From: Spirochaetia bacterium
Lineage (GTDB): Bacteria > Spirochaetota > Spirochaetia > UBA9216
DNA length: 64,000 nucleotides
Assembly (NCBI GenBank): GCA_963675665.1
Contig: OY776510.1
Coordinates: 5,056,001-5,120,000, forward strand
Direction: 5' to 3'
Position 1 is the stretch's first letter. Every line of letters starts with the position of its first letter. This document shows positions 29,172-38,807 of this stretch, one piece after another. The notes below the pieces were generated by a model. The model was not told where the DNA came from and did not search any database. It saw nothing but the letters and a program-made list of their open reading frames with translations. Made by a program: the position numbers and the translations under genes.

Positions 29172-29234
29172 CTACACGTGTAGCTACTCGTGACCATAGA
29201 AGGAAGTATAAGCTCTTGATATAAAATTTGTCAA
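29172..29234 (-). promoter_or_regulatory. Sigma70 promoter TTGACA-N18-TATACT with tandem operator
   Basis: -35 at 29234-29229, -10 at 29210-29205; ctacacgtgtag-ctactcgtg at 29172-29192. Confidence 0.8.
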
Positions 29235-29295
29235 GCTTTTTGTGTTGACAAATATTCATTTTTTTTATTATATATAACTACCGAAGGGGGCCGCT

Positions 29296-30177
29296 ATGCT
29301 CGCAATCGCATTTGCTGTTATCAGTATGACCTGCGCGGCAATGAACGATTTCATTTTTAAAATATATTCAGGGAAAAAGAAATCAATCGGACTTTACATG
29401 ATTGTAATCGGTATTGTGTGGACATTTTTTTTCTTTTTCAGGTGCGGGGCTTATAAAACATTTCCCGCCTTGCTTTCCAGGGAACTGGTAACCTGGGGCG
29501 TTGTTTCGGGAATATTCTCCGCGGCCGCCAATATTATGCTGATAGAGGGCATGTCAAGAAATGATGTGGGCATATGCTCCGTTATATACAGACTGAATCT
29601 TGCTCCTGCAGCTTTGATGGCATTTATTATTCTAAGCGAAGAGATAACATTGGTTAAACTGGTCGGCATCACTCTTGCAATCGGGGCAACCCTGTTGTTT
29701 TTCAATCCGGCAAAAACCCGGGACGTCAATAAAAAATATCCGGATATCCCCGGCCTGTGGATTGTTGTTTCTGCAGCAATTCTCCGCGCAGGGATGGGGA
29801 TAATATATAAATTCGCATTAGTTCCGTCAGTGGATACCAACGCCTTTCTGGTAATGGGCGGACTGGTCTGGATTATTTCCGGAGTTATATATCATTATGC
29901 AAAACCCCAGGGGGCTTTTGATAAAAGAATGCTTTTTACAATAATTCCTTTCGGTTTGGTTTCAGGGCTCTTTATCTGTGGTATAGTATTATTCACAGCA
30001 CTGGCCCTGAAAGCCGGTCAGGCAAGCACGGTCTTGCCGGTAGCCCAAATGAGTTTTATAGTTACAGCAGCGGCAGGAGTCATTTTTCTTGGCGAATCAT
30101 TCGGGAAACGACAGGCAATCGGATTAGCCATGGGAATTTTGTGTATTGTTTTTATGGGTTTGGAGCATACTGGATGA
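29296..30177 (+). CDS. EamA/DMT family transporter
   Basis: About 10 TM in two repeats; LSEEIT and LGESFG motifs; TTGACA at 29245 upstream. Confidence 0.82.
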   Translation: MLAIAFAVISMTCAAMNDFIFKIYSGKKKSIGLYMIVIGIVWTFFFFFRCGAYKTFPALLSRELVTWGVVSGIFSAAANIMLIEGMSRNDVGICSVIYRLNLAPAALMAFIILSEEITLVKLVGITLAIGATLLFFNPAKTRDVNKKYPDIPGLWIVVSAAILRAGMGIIYKFALVPSVDTNAFLVMGGLVWIISGVIYHYAKPQGAFDKRMLFTIIPFGLVSGLFICGIVLFTALALKAGQASTVLPVAQMSFIVTAAAGVIFLGESFGKRQAIGLAMGILCIVFMGLEHTG

Positions 30178-30767
30178 AGCGCACAGCTAATAATGAACTT
30201 ATCGAAATCGGAATGAGGATTAAAGAAATACGGACCAGGCGCAACCTTACGCTTGCGGAGACCTCAAAACGGGCCGGACTATCAGCCGGTTTGTTGTCAA
30301 AAATAGAAAATTTCAGGACACTTCCGTCGTTACCGGTTCTGACTTCAATAGCAAGAGCGCTTGAGACGGATATGGCGGACATTGTCAGGGGAATCGGACA
30401 TGAAACAAAGGAAACTTCCTATATCCTTACAAAAGCCGGAGAACGGGAACGTATAAACCGTGACAATGCTGTCGGTTTTTCTTATGAATCATTGGGCTCA
30501 AGATATGAGAGCGATAATATAATTGAAGCCTTTACTCTTACAATAACTCCCGAAAGCAAACGTCAGGCTGTTACCACAGACGGAGAACAATTTCTGTTTT
30601 TACTCAAAGGAGAAATTGATTTTGAATATGGACGTGAGACAATACATATCGGCGAAGGAGACGCTTTGTTCTTCGACGGAAGAATTCCCCATCGGCCATT
30701 TTGCAGAAAGGGAAAAGAAGCGGTCCTCCTTGCACTGTATATTTTAAATAATAAAACTGATCAATAA
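30174..30767 (+). CDS. XRE-family regulator with C-terminal cupin (PuuR-like)
   Basis: IGMRIKEIR..LTL..GLS.GLLSKIEN HTH; GEQF..GD..FDGRIPH cupin; ATGA overlap. Confidence 0.88.
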   Translation: MKRTANNELIEIGMRIKEIRTRRNLTLAETSKRAGLSAGLLSKIENFRTLPSLPVLTSIARALETDMADIVRGIGHETKETSYILTKAGERERINRDNAVGFSYESLGSRYESDNIIEAFTLTITPESKRQAVTTDGEQFLFLLKGEIDFEYGRETIHIGEGDALFFDGRIPHRPFCRKGKEAVLLALYILNNKTDQ

Positions 30768-30784
30768 TATACAGCTATAAATTA

Positions 30785-31810
30785 TTACAAACATTCATAG
30801 GTAATAATATCAGGTTCAACATAATATTTTTCATTCACAGGTTTAATTTTTCTGAAAACAAATTTGAACAACAACTGAATTGCCATGGAACCCTGTCTCA
30901 AAGGGTTATGACATATGGAAAATTTCACAATTCCCTCTTCCATCAGTTTGATAACCGATGGAGACAATTCATGGCTTATTACCTGAACCTGAGAGTGCAT
31001 TTCACTGCTCTTCAAGGCTTTGCCAAGGCCTTCGGCTCCGGTGCCTGTTATATATATCCCTTTTAAATCAGGGTATTTTTTACAAATTTCAGAAACAAGT
31101 TTAAAAGAAAGCAAATCCTGCCCCAGGTTCTCTGCTGATTCAACAACTGTAATTGATGAGCCGGAACTCCTTAACCTGCGAAAAAACCCCTCTTCCCTGT
31201 ACTTTTGGCAGATAAATTCAGAAAAATCGGATATTATCGCAACCTTACTGTTCCGGGGAAGAATCAAATCAAACAAACCCGATGAAATTTCACCTGCCTT
31301 GCTGTCATCCTGTCCGACATGGCAGATCCGTCTGATGTTATCAAGGTCCTGGTAAAATGTTATAACCGGGATCCCGTTGGCCATTAATTCATTCAGTTTT
31401 TCTGCAACAGACTTTTCGAATACCTGAGCAATTGCAATGCCGTCGATACCCTGCTTTAACAAACAGTCAAGCTGTTTAAGTTGTTCAGAAGCATTAGAGG
31501 CAGTAGTAACTTCAATATTGAGTTCAATACCCCATGCACGCAGTTCTTCCACCTGAATAAAAACTTCTCTGCGAACTTCCTCAATCGAAGTTTGAATATT
31601 CGGCGAGATCATAACACCGAAAAACAGATTCCTTTTCCGGCAGACAAGAGCCTGCCCTGCAACATTCGGCGTATAGTCCAGGGCCTTAATAATATTATTA
31701 ACCCGTAAACGTACATCTTTGTTTACACCCGGCCTGTTATGAAGTACACGGTCAACAGTTCCGCGAGAGACTTCTGCTATTTCGGCAATTTCCTCCTGGG
31801 TAATCCTCAT
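30785..31810 (-). CDS. LacI-family transcriptional regulator
   Basis: TQEEIAEIAEVSRGTVDRVLHNR..YTPN..GQAL. Confidence 0.9.
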   Translation of the reverse strand: MRITQEEIAEIAEVSRGTVDRVLHNRPGVNKDVRLRVNNIIKALDYTPNVAGQALVCRKRNLFFGVMISPNIQTSIEEVRREVFIQVEELRAWGIELNIEVTTASNASEQLKQLDCLLKQGIDGIAIAQVFEKSVAEKLNELMANGIPVITFYQDLDNIRRICHVGQDDSKAGEISSGLFDLILPRNSKVAIISDFSEFICQKYREEGFFRRLRSSGSSITVVESAENLGQDLLSFKLVSEICKKYPDLKGIYITGTGAEGLGKALKSSEMHSQVQVISHELSPSVIKLMEEGIVKFSICHNPLRQGSMAIQLLFKFVFRKIKPVNEKYYVEPDIITYECL

Positions 31811-31856
31811 AACCAATCCAAAACCATTTTATACGGCCTGTTGCTGAAGTTCATCG

Positions 31857-32717
31857 CTATGTGAGAAGATTCTTTACAAATTTCAGCGACTGTTTTATCT
31901 GCAAATCATAATCATCAATCTGCATTATTTCGTGGTACAGGCTGACGGCGGATCCCACTTCTCCTCCCGGTTTAACAAACGGTTCCATTGAAATCGGGTT
32001 CTGATAATTTACCAGTTTCAGGGTCTCAAATATGGTTTTCCACGGCATACTGCCGAGCCCCGGGAAATTTCTGTTGTTTTCACCTATGTGAAAATATCTC
32101 AGCCTGTCCTTTGCCTTGAAAATCGGAGATACCATATTACTTTCCTCAATATTCATATGAAAAGTATCCAGATGAATACCAAGCTGCGGAGAGTCAACCT
32201 CGTCTAGATACTGCAGTGCTTCATCACAGGTGTTTATCAGAAAGTTCTCAAACCGGTTTACAACTTCAACATTAAAATATACTCCCTCGTCGGCAAACGC
32301 CTTTGACGCTTCTTTCATCGCTTCAACGCTGTTTTTCCAGTAAACCTGCTTCTCGCTGTAATCGCTTATTTTACCGTTCCAGGAACCGTGAATTATTCCG
32401 CTGCAGTCGCTTGCACCGACCTTTCTCATTGCTACGGCCAAATCCGTCAGTATTTTTTTCCCTGCATTTCTTATTCCGGTATCCGGTGAACCTATATCCT
32501 CATTGGGAGCAAGCCCCAGACTCATAACAAGGTCAATTTCATTTTCCACTGCGAGATCCTTAAACCTGAAAATATCATCATCGCTCATATTTAAAAGATA
32601 ACCTGCCCCAAACTCAAGAACATCAAATCCCAGCTCTTTAACTTTAGGAATAAGTGAAAACTGCTCGTCATTCCAGTTTCTGACAAAACTTCCGTAGTGA
32701 ATTCCAATTTTATTCAT
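31857..32717 (-). CDS. D-psicose/D-tagatose 3-epimerase family protein
   Basis: EVVNRFE, LDTFHMNIEE, HIGENNR and MEPF carry the Glu/Asp/His/Glu metal and catalytic set. Confidence 0.85.
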   Translation of the reverse strand: MNKIGIHYGSFVRNWNDEQFSLIPKVKELGFDVLEFGAGYLLNMSDDDIFRFKDLAVENEIDLVMSLGLAPNEDIGSPDTGIRNAGKKILTDLAVAMRKVGASDCSGIIHGSWNGKISDYSEKQVYWKNSVEAMKEASKAFADEGVYFNVEVVNRFENFLINTCDEALQYLDEVDSPQLGIHLDTFHMNIEESNMVSPIFKAKDRLRYFHIGENNRNFPGLGSMPWKTIFETLKLVNYQNPISMEPFVKPGGEVGSAVSLYHEIMQIDDYDLQIKQSLKFVKNLLT

Positions 32718-32770
32718 TTTTATCATTCCTCCTTTTATCAAATATACCGAACTGTAAAAACCACATGATT

Positions 32771-34279
32771 TTATAAGCCTAAATTCTCTTTATATCTAAA
32801 ATACTTATCCTGATAAATTTTCGTATCCCTCCCGATATGCTCCAGCTTTTTAATTTCTGAAGAACATTTACCTGCCGCATCATCCGTATCTTTAAAAATA
32901 CCGCTGCCGATACCGGCAAGCATGGCAGCGCCGACGGAGGACCCTGAAGACATACAGATATAGCCGTCTTTGCCCAGAACACTTAAGAGGATTTTAACCC
33001 AAAGACTGTTTTTCACTCCGCCGCCTGTCAATTTTACACTTTCCAGCTTTTCGAACTCCGGGCCTATAACGGTTGCGGCATCTTTAATAGAAAAAGAAAC
33101 CCCTTCCATCACTGCCCGCGCAAGATGCCCCCTGCCGTGACTGCCCATCAACCCGGTAAAGGAACCCCGAAGACCGGGATCCCAGTACGGGGCGTCTTCA
33201 CCCAGCAGATAAGGATAGAACAACAGGTCCTCAGCGCCTGCATTTACCTTGGAGGCTTCTTCAATCATTTTTATATAGGCATCAACCGGTTCCGGATATT
33301 CCGAATAACAGCATTTTCTCAACCATTCAATAGAATAGGCACATGAACGGGTGTTCAAATCGATCATCCATTTCCCTTTCTGGAAATATGCCCAGGTGTA
33401 TGTTTTGGGATTAAGTATATTGTTATAATTGTTTGTTATTGATGAAACAGCAGCCGATGTTCCAAGCCTGATTTTACATTCACGCTCATCGAGAATTCCC
33501 AGCGCCAGCATTTCTGCCGTTCCGTCGCTACAGCCGGCAATTACGGGAAGGCCTTCAGGCAGGCCTGTTATTACTGCAGTTTCCCTGTTAAGGCGTCCCA
33601 AGACATTAAATGAATCAAGGATCTCCGGAAGAAGGTTTTCAGGAATACTGTATTCATCCAGGATTGCCTTTTCCCAGTTTCCGTTTTTAAGGTTGTAATA
33701 TGAAGAACCGGAAGCATCGCTGTGATCTGTTTTTATTTCATCTGTAAGAATGTAATTAATATAATCTTTCGGATACAGGATTTTGTAAATCCTGTTCCAT
33801 AGTTCGGACTGATGTTTTTTAAGCCACATCAATTTCGGCAGTGTGCACATCGTATTTATTGGATTACAGGTCAATTCCAGTATCTGCTGATGATAGTGTT
33901 TTTTTATCAATTCCACTTCAGCGGAACACCTGATATCATTCCAGAGAATCGCATCGCAAAGCGGCGTTAATTCTTTATTCAGAAGGACAACGCCGCGCAT
34001 CTGCCCGGCTACGGCAAGCGCTGCAATTTCCGCGGGAGGGATGTTCCGTGTGCCCGTAATATCTTTAAGACAGGTAAAAACCGCGTTTACCCAGTCCGCC
34101 AGAGGCTGTTCCATATATCCGGGTTTTCTGGACACCGGTGAATAGGCGCTGTATGTTTCATTTAAAACAACACCTTCCGTGTTAATCAAACTGCATTTAC
34201 AGCCGCTGGTTCCCAGGTCCAGACCTATTAAATATTTTTCCATATCCTGTTCCGAGTATTTTTTCTGTGTCTTGAGCAC
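32771..34279 (-). CDS. FGGY-family carbohydrate kinase (xylulokinase-like)
   Basis: GLDLGTSGCK, GQMRG, WNDIR, TDHSDASG, PYLLGE, ARAVMEGV; alternative start ATG 34243. Confidence 0.88.
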   Translation of the reverse strand: MLKTQKKYSEQDMEKYLIGLDLGTSGCKCSLINTEGVVLNETYSAYSPVSRKPGYMEQPLADWVNAVFTCLKDITGTRNIPPAEIAALAVAGQMRGVVLLNKELTPLCDAILWNDIRCSAEVELIKKHYHQQILELTCNPINTMCTLPKLMWLKKHQSELWNRIYKILYPKDYINYILTDEIKTDHSDASGSSYYNLKNGNWEKAILDEYSIPENLLPEILDSFNVLGRLNRETAVITGLPEGLPVIAGCSDGTAEMLALGILDERECKIRLGTSAAVSSITNNYNNILNPKTYTWAYFQKGKWMIDLNTRSCAYSIEWLRKCCYSEYPEPVDAYIKMIEEASKVNAGAEDLLFYPYLLGEDAPYWDPGLRGSFTGLMGSHGRGHLARAVMEGVSFSIKDAATVIGPEFEKLESVKLTGGGVKNSLWVKILLSVLGKDGYICMSSGSSVGAAMLAGIGSGIFKDTDDAAGKCSSEIKKLEHIGRDTKIYQDKYFRYKENLGL

Positions 34280-34336
34280 TAAACTTCTAAACCTGATACT
34301 GCACTTTTCTCATTTATTTATGCAAAATAAATATTA

Positions 34337-35341
34337 TCAGACTGAATTTCTTTGTATCAGTTCGTCAGTCAGCTGCAGATGCGTAACTTCTGCAGGCTCA
34401 TCAGAATTAATTGATTTCATTAAAAGCTCAACAGCTCTTTGCCCCATTTCCTGGGTAGATTCCGAAACTACTGTCAGCGGAGGGTCACACAAACTGCTCC
34501 ATACAGAATCATCAAACCCGATCATTCTAACCTGATCAGGGATCCTGATCCCGCGCTCTTTCAGGACCTGCAATGCTATTGCGGTTTTCCCCTGGCTGGC
34601 TGCAATCAGACCGTCAAACTCTTTGCCGGAATCTATAAAATCGTTAAGAGCGATTACACAATGCTCCGTATCATGTTCATGAATTTTTATACAAAGATGT
34701 TCGTCAATTTCGGAATCAACAAGAGCCTGATCATAACCTTTTTTCTTTTCGAGGTTTGTCAGCATGCGCTCATCGTAACCGAAATAGATAATCTTTCCGG
34801 AACCTTTATCCACTAACATTTTGGTAGCTTCATATGCCGCTCCGTAACTGTCGGACACAACCGAACTTATGTCCAGTCCGTCAATTCGCCGGTTGACCTG
34901 CACAACGGGCAGGCCCTGTCCTTTCACTCTCAGCAGCATTTCGGCATTTTGCGAACTGCATGGCGCAATCAGCAGTCCGCTGAATCTTTTTGCCAGCAGC
35001 ATATTAATAAGTTTCAGCTCAATTTCCGGGTTCTCTTCACTTGAAGAAATTATTAAATCGTAATCATTTTCCTGACAATATGAGTTTATAACCTTTATCA
35101 GGGGAGTAAAAAACTTGGACATTACGGGTATTATCAGGCCTATTGCTTTTGAATCCTGGGTTTTAAGCGCCCTGGCGAGAGGGTCCGGAATGTAATTCAA
35201 GTCGTCAATTGCTTTCTGGATCTTTTCAGACAACTCAGGCGACACATACCTTGTTTTATTCAGGTAAGCAGAGACTGTCGCCCTGGAGACTCCTGCAAGC
35301 GTTGCAACATCTTTACTTGAAGCCTTTTTAAGATTTTCCAT
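34337..35341 (-). CDS. LacI-family transcriptional regulator
   Basis: SKDVATLAGVSRATVSAYLN..YIPD..ARAL; IGFDD, PPLT. Confidence 0.92.
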   Translation of the reverse strand: MENLKKASSKDVATLAGVSRATVSAYLNKTRYVSPELSEKIQKAIDDLNYIPDPLARALKTQDSKAIGLIIPVMSKFFTPLIKVINSYCQENDYDLIISSSEENPEIELKLINMLLAKRFSGLLIAPCSSQNAEMLLRVKGQGLPVVQVNRRIDGLDISSVVSDSYGAAYEATKMLVDKGSGKIIYFGYDERMLTNLEKKKGYDQALVDSEIDEHLCIKIHEHDTEHCVIALNDFIDSGKEFDGLIAASQGKTAIALQVLKERGIRIPDQVRMIGFDDSVWSSLCDPPLTVVSESTQEMGQRAVELLMKSINSDEPAEVTHLQLTDELIQRNSV

Positions 35342-35373
35342 ATCCTTCCCCTTGTACCGATTCAAATTAAAAT

Positions 35374-36198
35374 TCAGCCCTTAATCGCTCCCATTGTCAA
35401 ACCCCGAACTATATATTTCTGCGTAAGAGAAATAAACAGCACCGCAGGAATAATTGCTATTACCGACGAAGAACTTAATCTTGCCCAATCAAGTTGATAA
35501 TATCCTAAAGAATTATATATTTCCACAGGTAAAGTGCGGGTCACCCTTCCTGTATTATAGAGCGCAAAAATGAATTCGTTCCATACCGAAATAAAGCCCA
35601 AAGTAGCCGATGCAAATATTCCGGGTCTTATTGCGGGTATAATTATCAACAGGAAGGATTTCCACCGGCTGCATCCGTCGACCATCGCCGCTTCTTCCAG
35701 TTCTACAGGAACATCCTGAAAAAAGCTTCGCATCATCCAGACTATTAATGGTGTAGCAAGAACAGCGTACATCAGTATCATGGATATATACGAATCCTGT
35801 AAACCAATCTTTCTCCACAGCAGAAAATACGGTATTACAAAAACAATCGGCGGAACCAATCTGAGATATAAAACAGAATAGGAAATCATCCGGTTTCCTT
35901 TAAAACGGAACCTTGCAAATGCGTATCCTGCAAAAACTCCTATTATAGTGGACAGCAACGTGGATAACCCTGCTATAACGACGCTGTTAACAAGAGCTTT
36001 CAGAAACCTTGAGTCCAGAAGCAAATGAAGATAATTATCGAATGTGGGTTTGAATTTCCAAACCGGAGGAGAAACGACTGACAGGTTAGTCGGTTTAATT
36101 GAGGTCAGTAACAACAATATAAACGGAATAAGTTCTATTGCAATAATCAGTATTAAAACGGCTTTCTTTCCGGTAATAATCAGTTTTCTTTTGTTCAC
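35374..36198 (-). CDS. Carbohydrate ABC permease (MalG type)
   Basis: LEEAAMVDGC, WNEFIFA, QKYIVRGLTMGAIKG. Confidence 0.92.
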   Translation of the reverse strand: MNKRKLIITGKKAVLILIIAIELIPFILLLLTSIKPTNLSVVSPPVWKFKPTFDNYLHLLLDSRFLKALVNSVVIAGLSTLLSTIIGVFAGYAFARFRFKGNRMISYSVLYLRLVPPIVFVIPYFLLWRKIGLQDSYISMILMYAVLATPLIVWMMRSFFQDVPVELEEAAMVDGCSRWKSFLLIIIPAIRPGIFASATLGFISVWNEFIFALYNTGRVTRTLPVEIYNSLGYYQLDWARLSSSSVIAIIPAVLFISLTQKYIVRGLTMGAIKG

Positions 36199-36211
36199 TT
36201 TTCCTCAACTC

Positions 36212-37105
36212 CTAGTTATCAAGTTTTTTCATAAATAGAGATACAAGAAAGATTATAAGGATTAAAAACAAAAACGTTGCAGCGCAGGCATACCCCATAT
36301 GATAATAAACAAAAGCCTGTGTGGAAGCGAACAGAGAGATATTTTCCGTAACATGACCGGGACCGCCGTTGGTTACTACATAAATCTCGTCAAACATTTT
36401 CAAGGCATCCATAAATCTGAGAATAAACCCGATAACGGCAACAGGTTTGATAATTGGTATAATTATTGAAAAAACCTTTTGCCTCCAGTTTACACCGTCT
36501 ATTGCTGAAGCATCAAACACGGAATTATCTATGCTGGATATTCCCGCATAAAAGATGATAACAATAAACGGTGTTCTAAGTATAACTTCCATTACCAGTA
36601 ATGCAACAGGGGCGGCTACTGCGCCTTTAAAAATCATAAATCCTTCCAACCCGAACAATTGAAGAAACCAGTTCAGATAACCGAATGTCTGGTCATAAAT
36701 CAGGGTTTTAAACGCATAGGAAATTGCTACAGGCGGTACAACAAATGAAACAAGCAGCAAAGTTCTTATTACAGAAGAGAATCCATGTGAAATATCCTTA
36801 TCGCTCAATAAAAACGCAACAATAAATCCTACTATTATCTCAAGCGATGTTGCGACAAACGCAAACAGAAACGTAAAAATCAACGCATGTATAAATCTGC
36901 TGTCGTTCGTAAGCAGGTTAATATAATTCTGAAGACCGATATATTTTGCAGGGGGATCTATCAATTCATATTCCTGCAATGAAATAATAAAAGAATAGAT
37001 AACCGGGACAATTCCAAGCAGAATAATCAGGGCAACCGCCGGGAGAATTAATAAATAAGGCAATCTGTAATCATTCTTGCTTTTAGCAACTAATGTAAGC
37101 TCCAT
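36212..37105 (-). CDS. Carbohydrate ABC permease (MalF type)
   Basis: DASAIDG, FDEIYVVTNGGPG. Confidence 0.9.
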   Translation of the reverse strand: MELTLVAKSKNDYRLPYLLILPAVALIILLGIVPVIYSFIISLQEYELIDPPAKYIGLQNYINLLTNDSRFIHALIFTFLFAFVATSLEIIVGFIVAFLLSDKDISHGFSSVIRTLLLVSFVVPPVAISYAFKTLIYDQTFGYLNWFLQLFGLEGFMIFKGAVAAPVALLVMEVILRTPFIVIIFYAGISSIDNSVFDASAIDGVNWRQKVFSIIIPIIKPVAVIGFILRFMDALKMFDEIYVVTNGGPGHVTENISLFASTQAFVYYHMGYACAATFLFLILIIFLVSLFMKKLDN

Positions 37106-37121
37106 ATTTCCCTCTTAATAG

Positions 37122-37147
37122 AAAAGCAGGGAGGCTTACGCCTCCCT
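37122..37147 (-). terminator. Stem-loop after the SBP gene
   Basis: agggaggc-ttac-gcctccct, with T runs nearby on both strands. Confidence 0.6.
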
Positions 37148-37153
37148 TTTCAC

Positions 37154-38518
37154 TTATTTTGCAGGCGTAAAGCCGATTCCCATTAAGGATTTATCAGCAT
37201 CAGCAGCCGCTTCATCTACAGTTTTGATACCGGCAATGATATTACTCATTTCGGTAGAAACTATATCAGCTGTTTCTCCATATTTTGCATCTACAAGTAT
37301 ATGATCGGGTTCAATACCCATAATCATCATCTTTTGTTGTGCATCAATAAATTCAGCGCTCGGCATTGCTTTAACATAGTCTGCAGTCTTGTAAACGGAA
37401 CTTCTTGCCGGGCAGCCGTACTGAGGCGCAATTTTATTCATCAGAGTCGGGGATGTAGCCCACTGTATGAACAGCCATGCAGCGCCTTTGTTCCTTGAAT
37501 CTTCATTCATACCCCAGCCCCAAACCCAGAGCGGGTCCTTTCCGCCTTCAGCCATCGGAGGCATAGCATATCCGACCTTGCCGGCAACCTTGGATTCTGC
37601 TTCATCTTCAAGAAAGGCATAGGATGCATTTCCGCCTGTTGTCATGGCGATCATTTCGGTTTTAAATGCCTGGGCAATTTCCGGCCAGGACCAGTTTCCT
37701 GACCCCGGAGGCGCATAATCAAGAACCAGGGAAGTATAATAATCAAGAACATTCTTGGCAGCCGGAGTACTTACATTGCTTATCATATTCTCAAAATCAA
37801 AGAAAGGAACTCCAAACCTGTAACCCGTACAAAAAAGGTTCCATCCGCTTTCTCCGCCGCCGGGCATCTGGCGTTCGATCCATGCGTATTCCTTGATTTT
37901 ACCGTCCAGCCTGGCTTTATCCAGCTTCGCTGCGGTTTCCCTCAGCTCTACAAAATTGGTAGGAACTGATAACCCGAGTTTGTCAAAGATGTCTTTACGG
38001 TACCAGAGTAGAAAATATTCCGCCGTATATGGTATAAAAACCAGTCCGGAATCTATTTCCCCGGAAGCAAGAACATCGGCAGGATAGTCGTCGATATTGT
38101 ACCATTCGGCATCGGTAAGCTTCGAATCATTAATAAATTTTGATAGATCGGCAAGATATCCGCCCTGTACAAATTCACCTTTGTTTGAGAAACCTACATT
38201 GCTTACATCATATTCACCTGTTCCGGAGTTGAAATCCACAACCTGCTTCTTCTTTCTGTCTGTATCTGAAAGAAGTTCATAATTAACCTTGATTCCAGTG
38301 AGAGTCTCAAACTCTTTAAGCTGCTCAACATAAATTTCCGACACAGCCATGGAAGTCATAAGCACGCTGATGCTTTCTCCTTCAAACTGACGCCAGTCTA
38401 TACTTCCCCAATCGCCTTCAACAGCCGGGGCTTCGACACTTTCCTGTGCTCCGCCTGCTGTCGCAACCATCGGCAATAACAGCAGCAGAAAACACGCCAA
38501 AATCAGACCTTTTTTCAT
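37154..38518 (-). CDS. Carbohydrate ABC (CUT1) substrate-binding protein (paralog of 27660-29051)
   Basis: Signal ending AGGAQES; shares GDWGxIDW, APPGSxNWSWP and GGxDPLWxWGW with the other SBP. Confidence 0.88.
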   Translation of the reverse strand: MKKGLILACFLLLLLPMVATAGGAQESVEAPAVEGDWGSIDWRQFEGESISVLMTSMAVSEIYVEQLKEFETLTGIKVNYELLSDTDRKKKQVVDFNSGTGEYDVSNVGFSNKGEFVQGGYLADLSKFINDSKLTDAEWYNIDDYPADVLASGEIDSGLVFIPYTAEYFLLWYRKDIFDKLGLSVPTNFVELRETAAKLDKARLDGKIKEYAWIERQMPGGGESGWNLFCTGYRFGVPFFDFENMISNVSTPAAKNVLDYYTSLVLDYAPPGSGNWSWPEIAQAFKTEMIAMTTGGNASYAFLEDEAESKVAGKVGYAMPPMAEGGKDPLWVWGWGMNEDSRNKGAAWLFIQWATSPTLMNKIAPQYGCPARSSVYKTADYVKAMPSAEFIDAQQKMMIMGIEPDHILVDAKYGETADIVSTEMSNIIAGIKTVDEAAADADKSLMGIGFTPAK

Positions 38519-38668
38519 TTTGTCCTCCTCAAATATTAAACCCTATCAACGATAGGGGGTTAAACACAACTTGTCAAACGTTTCTGTATTTAGAAGAAAC
38601 ATATACAGAATGACTTCTGTTCAATCAGGTTTATTTAATATCTTTATATTAAATGCCCGTTTTTGACT

Positions 38669-38732
38669 AGACACGTGTAGCTACTCGTGTAGCTACACGT
38701 GTATTATAAAACCATCACTCATAATCTGTCAA
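38669..38732 (-). promoter_or_regulatory. Sigma70 promoter TTGACA-N18-TATAAT with triple tandem operator
   Basis: -35 at 38732-38727, -10 at 38708-38703; agacacgtgtag|ctactcgtgtag|ctacacgtgtat at 38669-38704. Confidence 0.85.
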
Positions 38733-38807
38733 GATATATCTTTTAGTATTTATTTCATTTCATCTTTTATATTTGATTTATTCCGGCTTTGCATAATTTC
38801 CAGCTTG

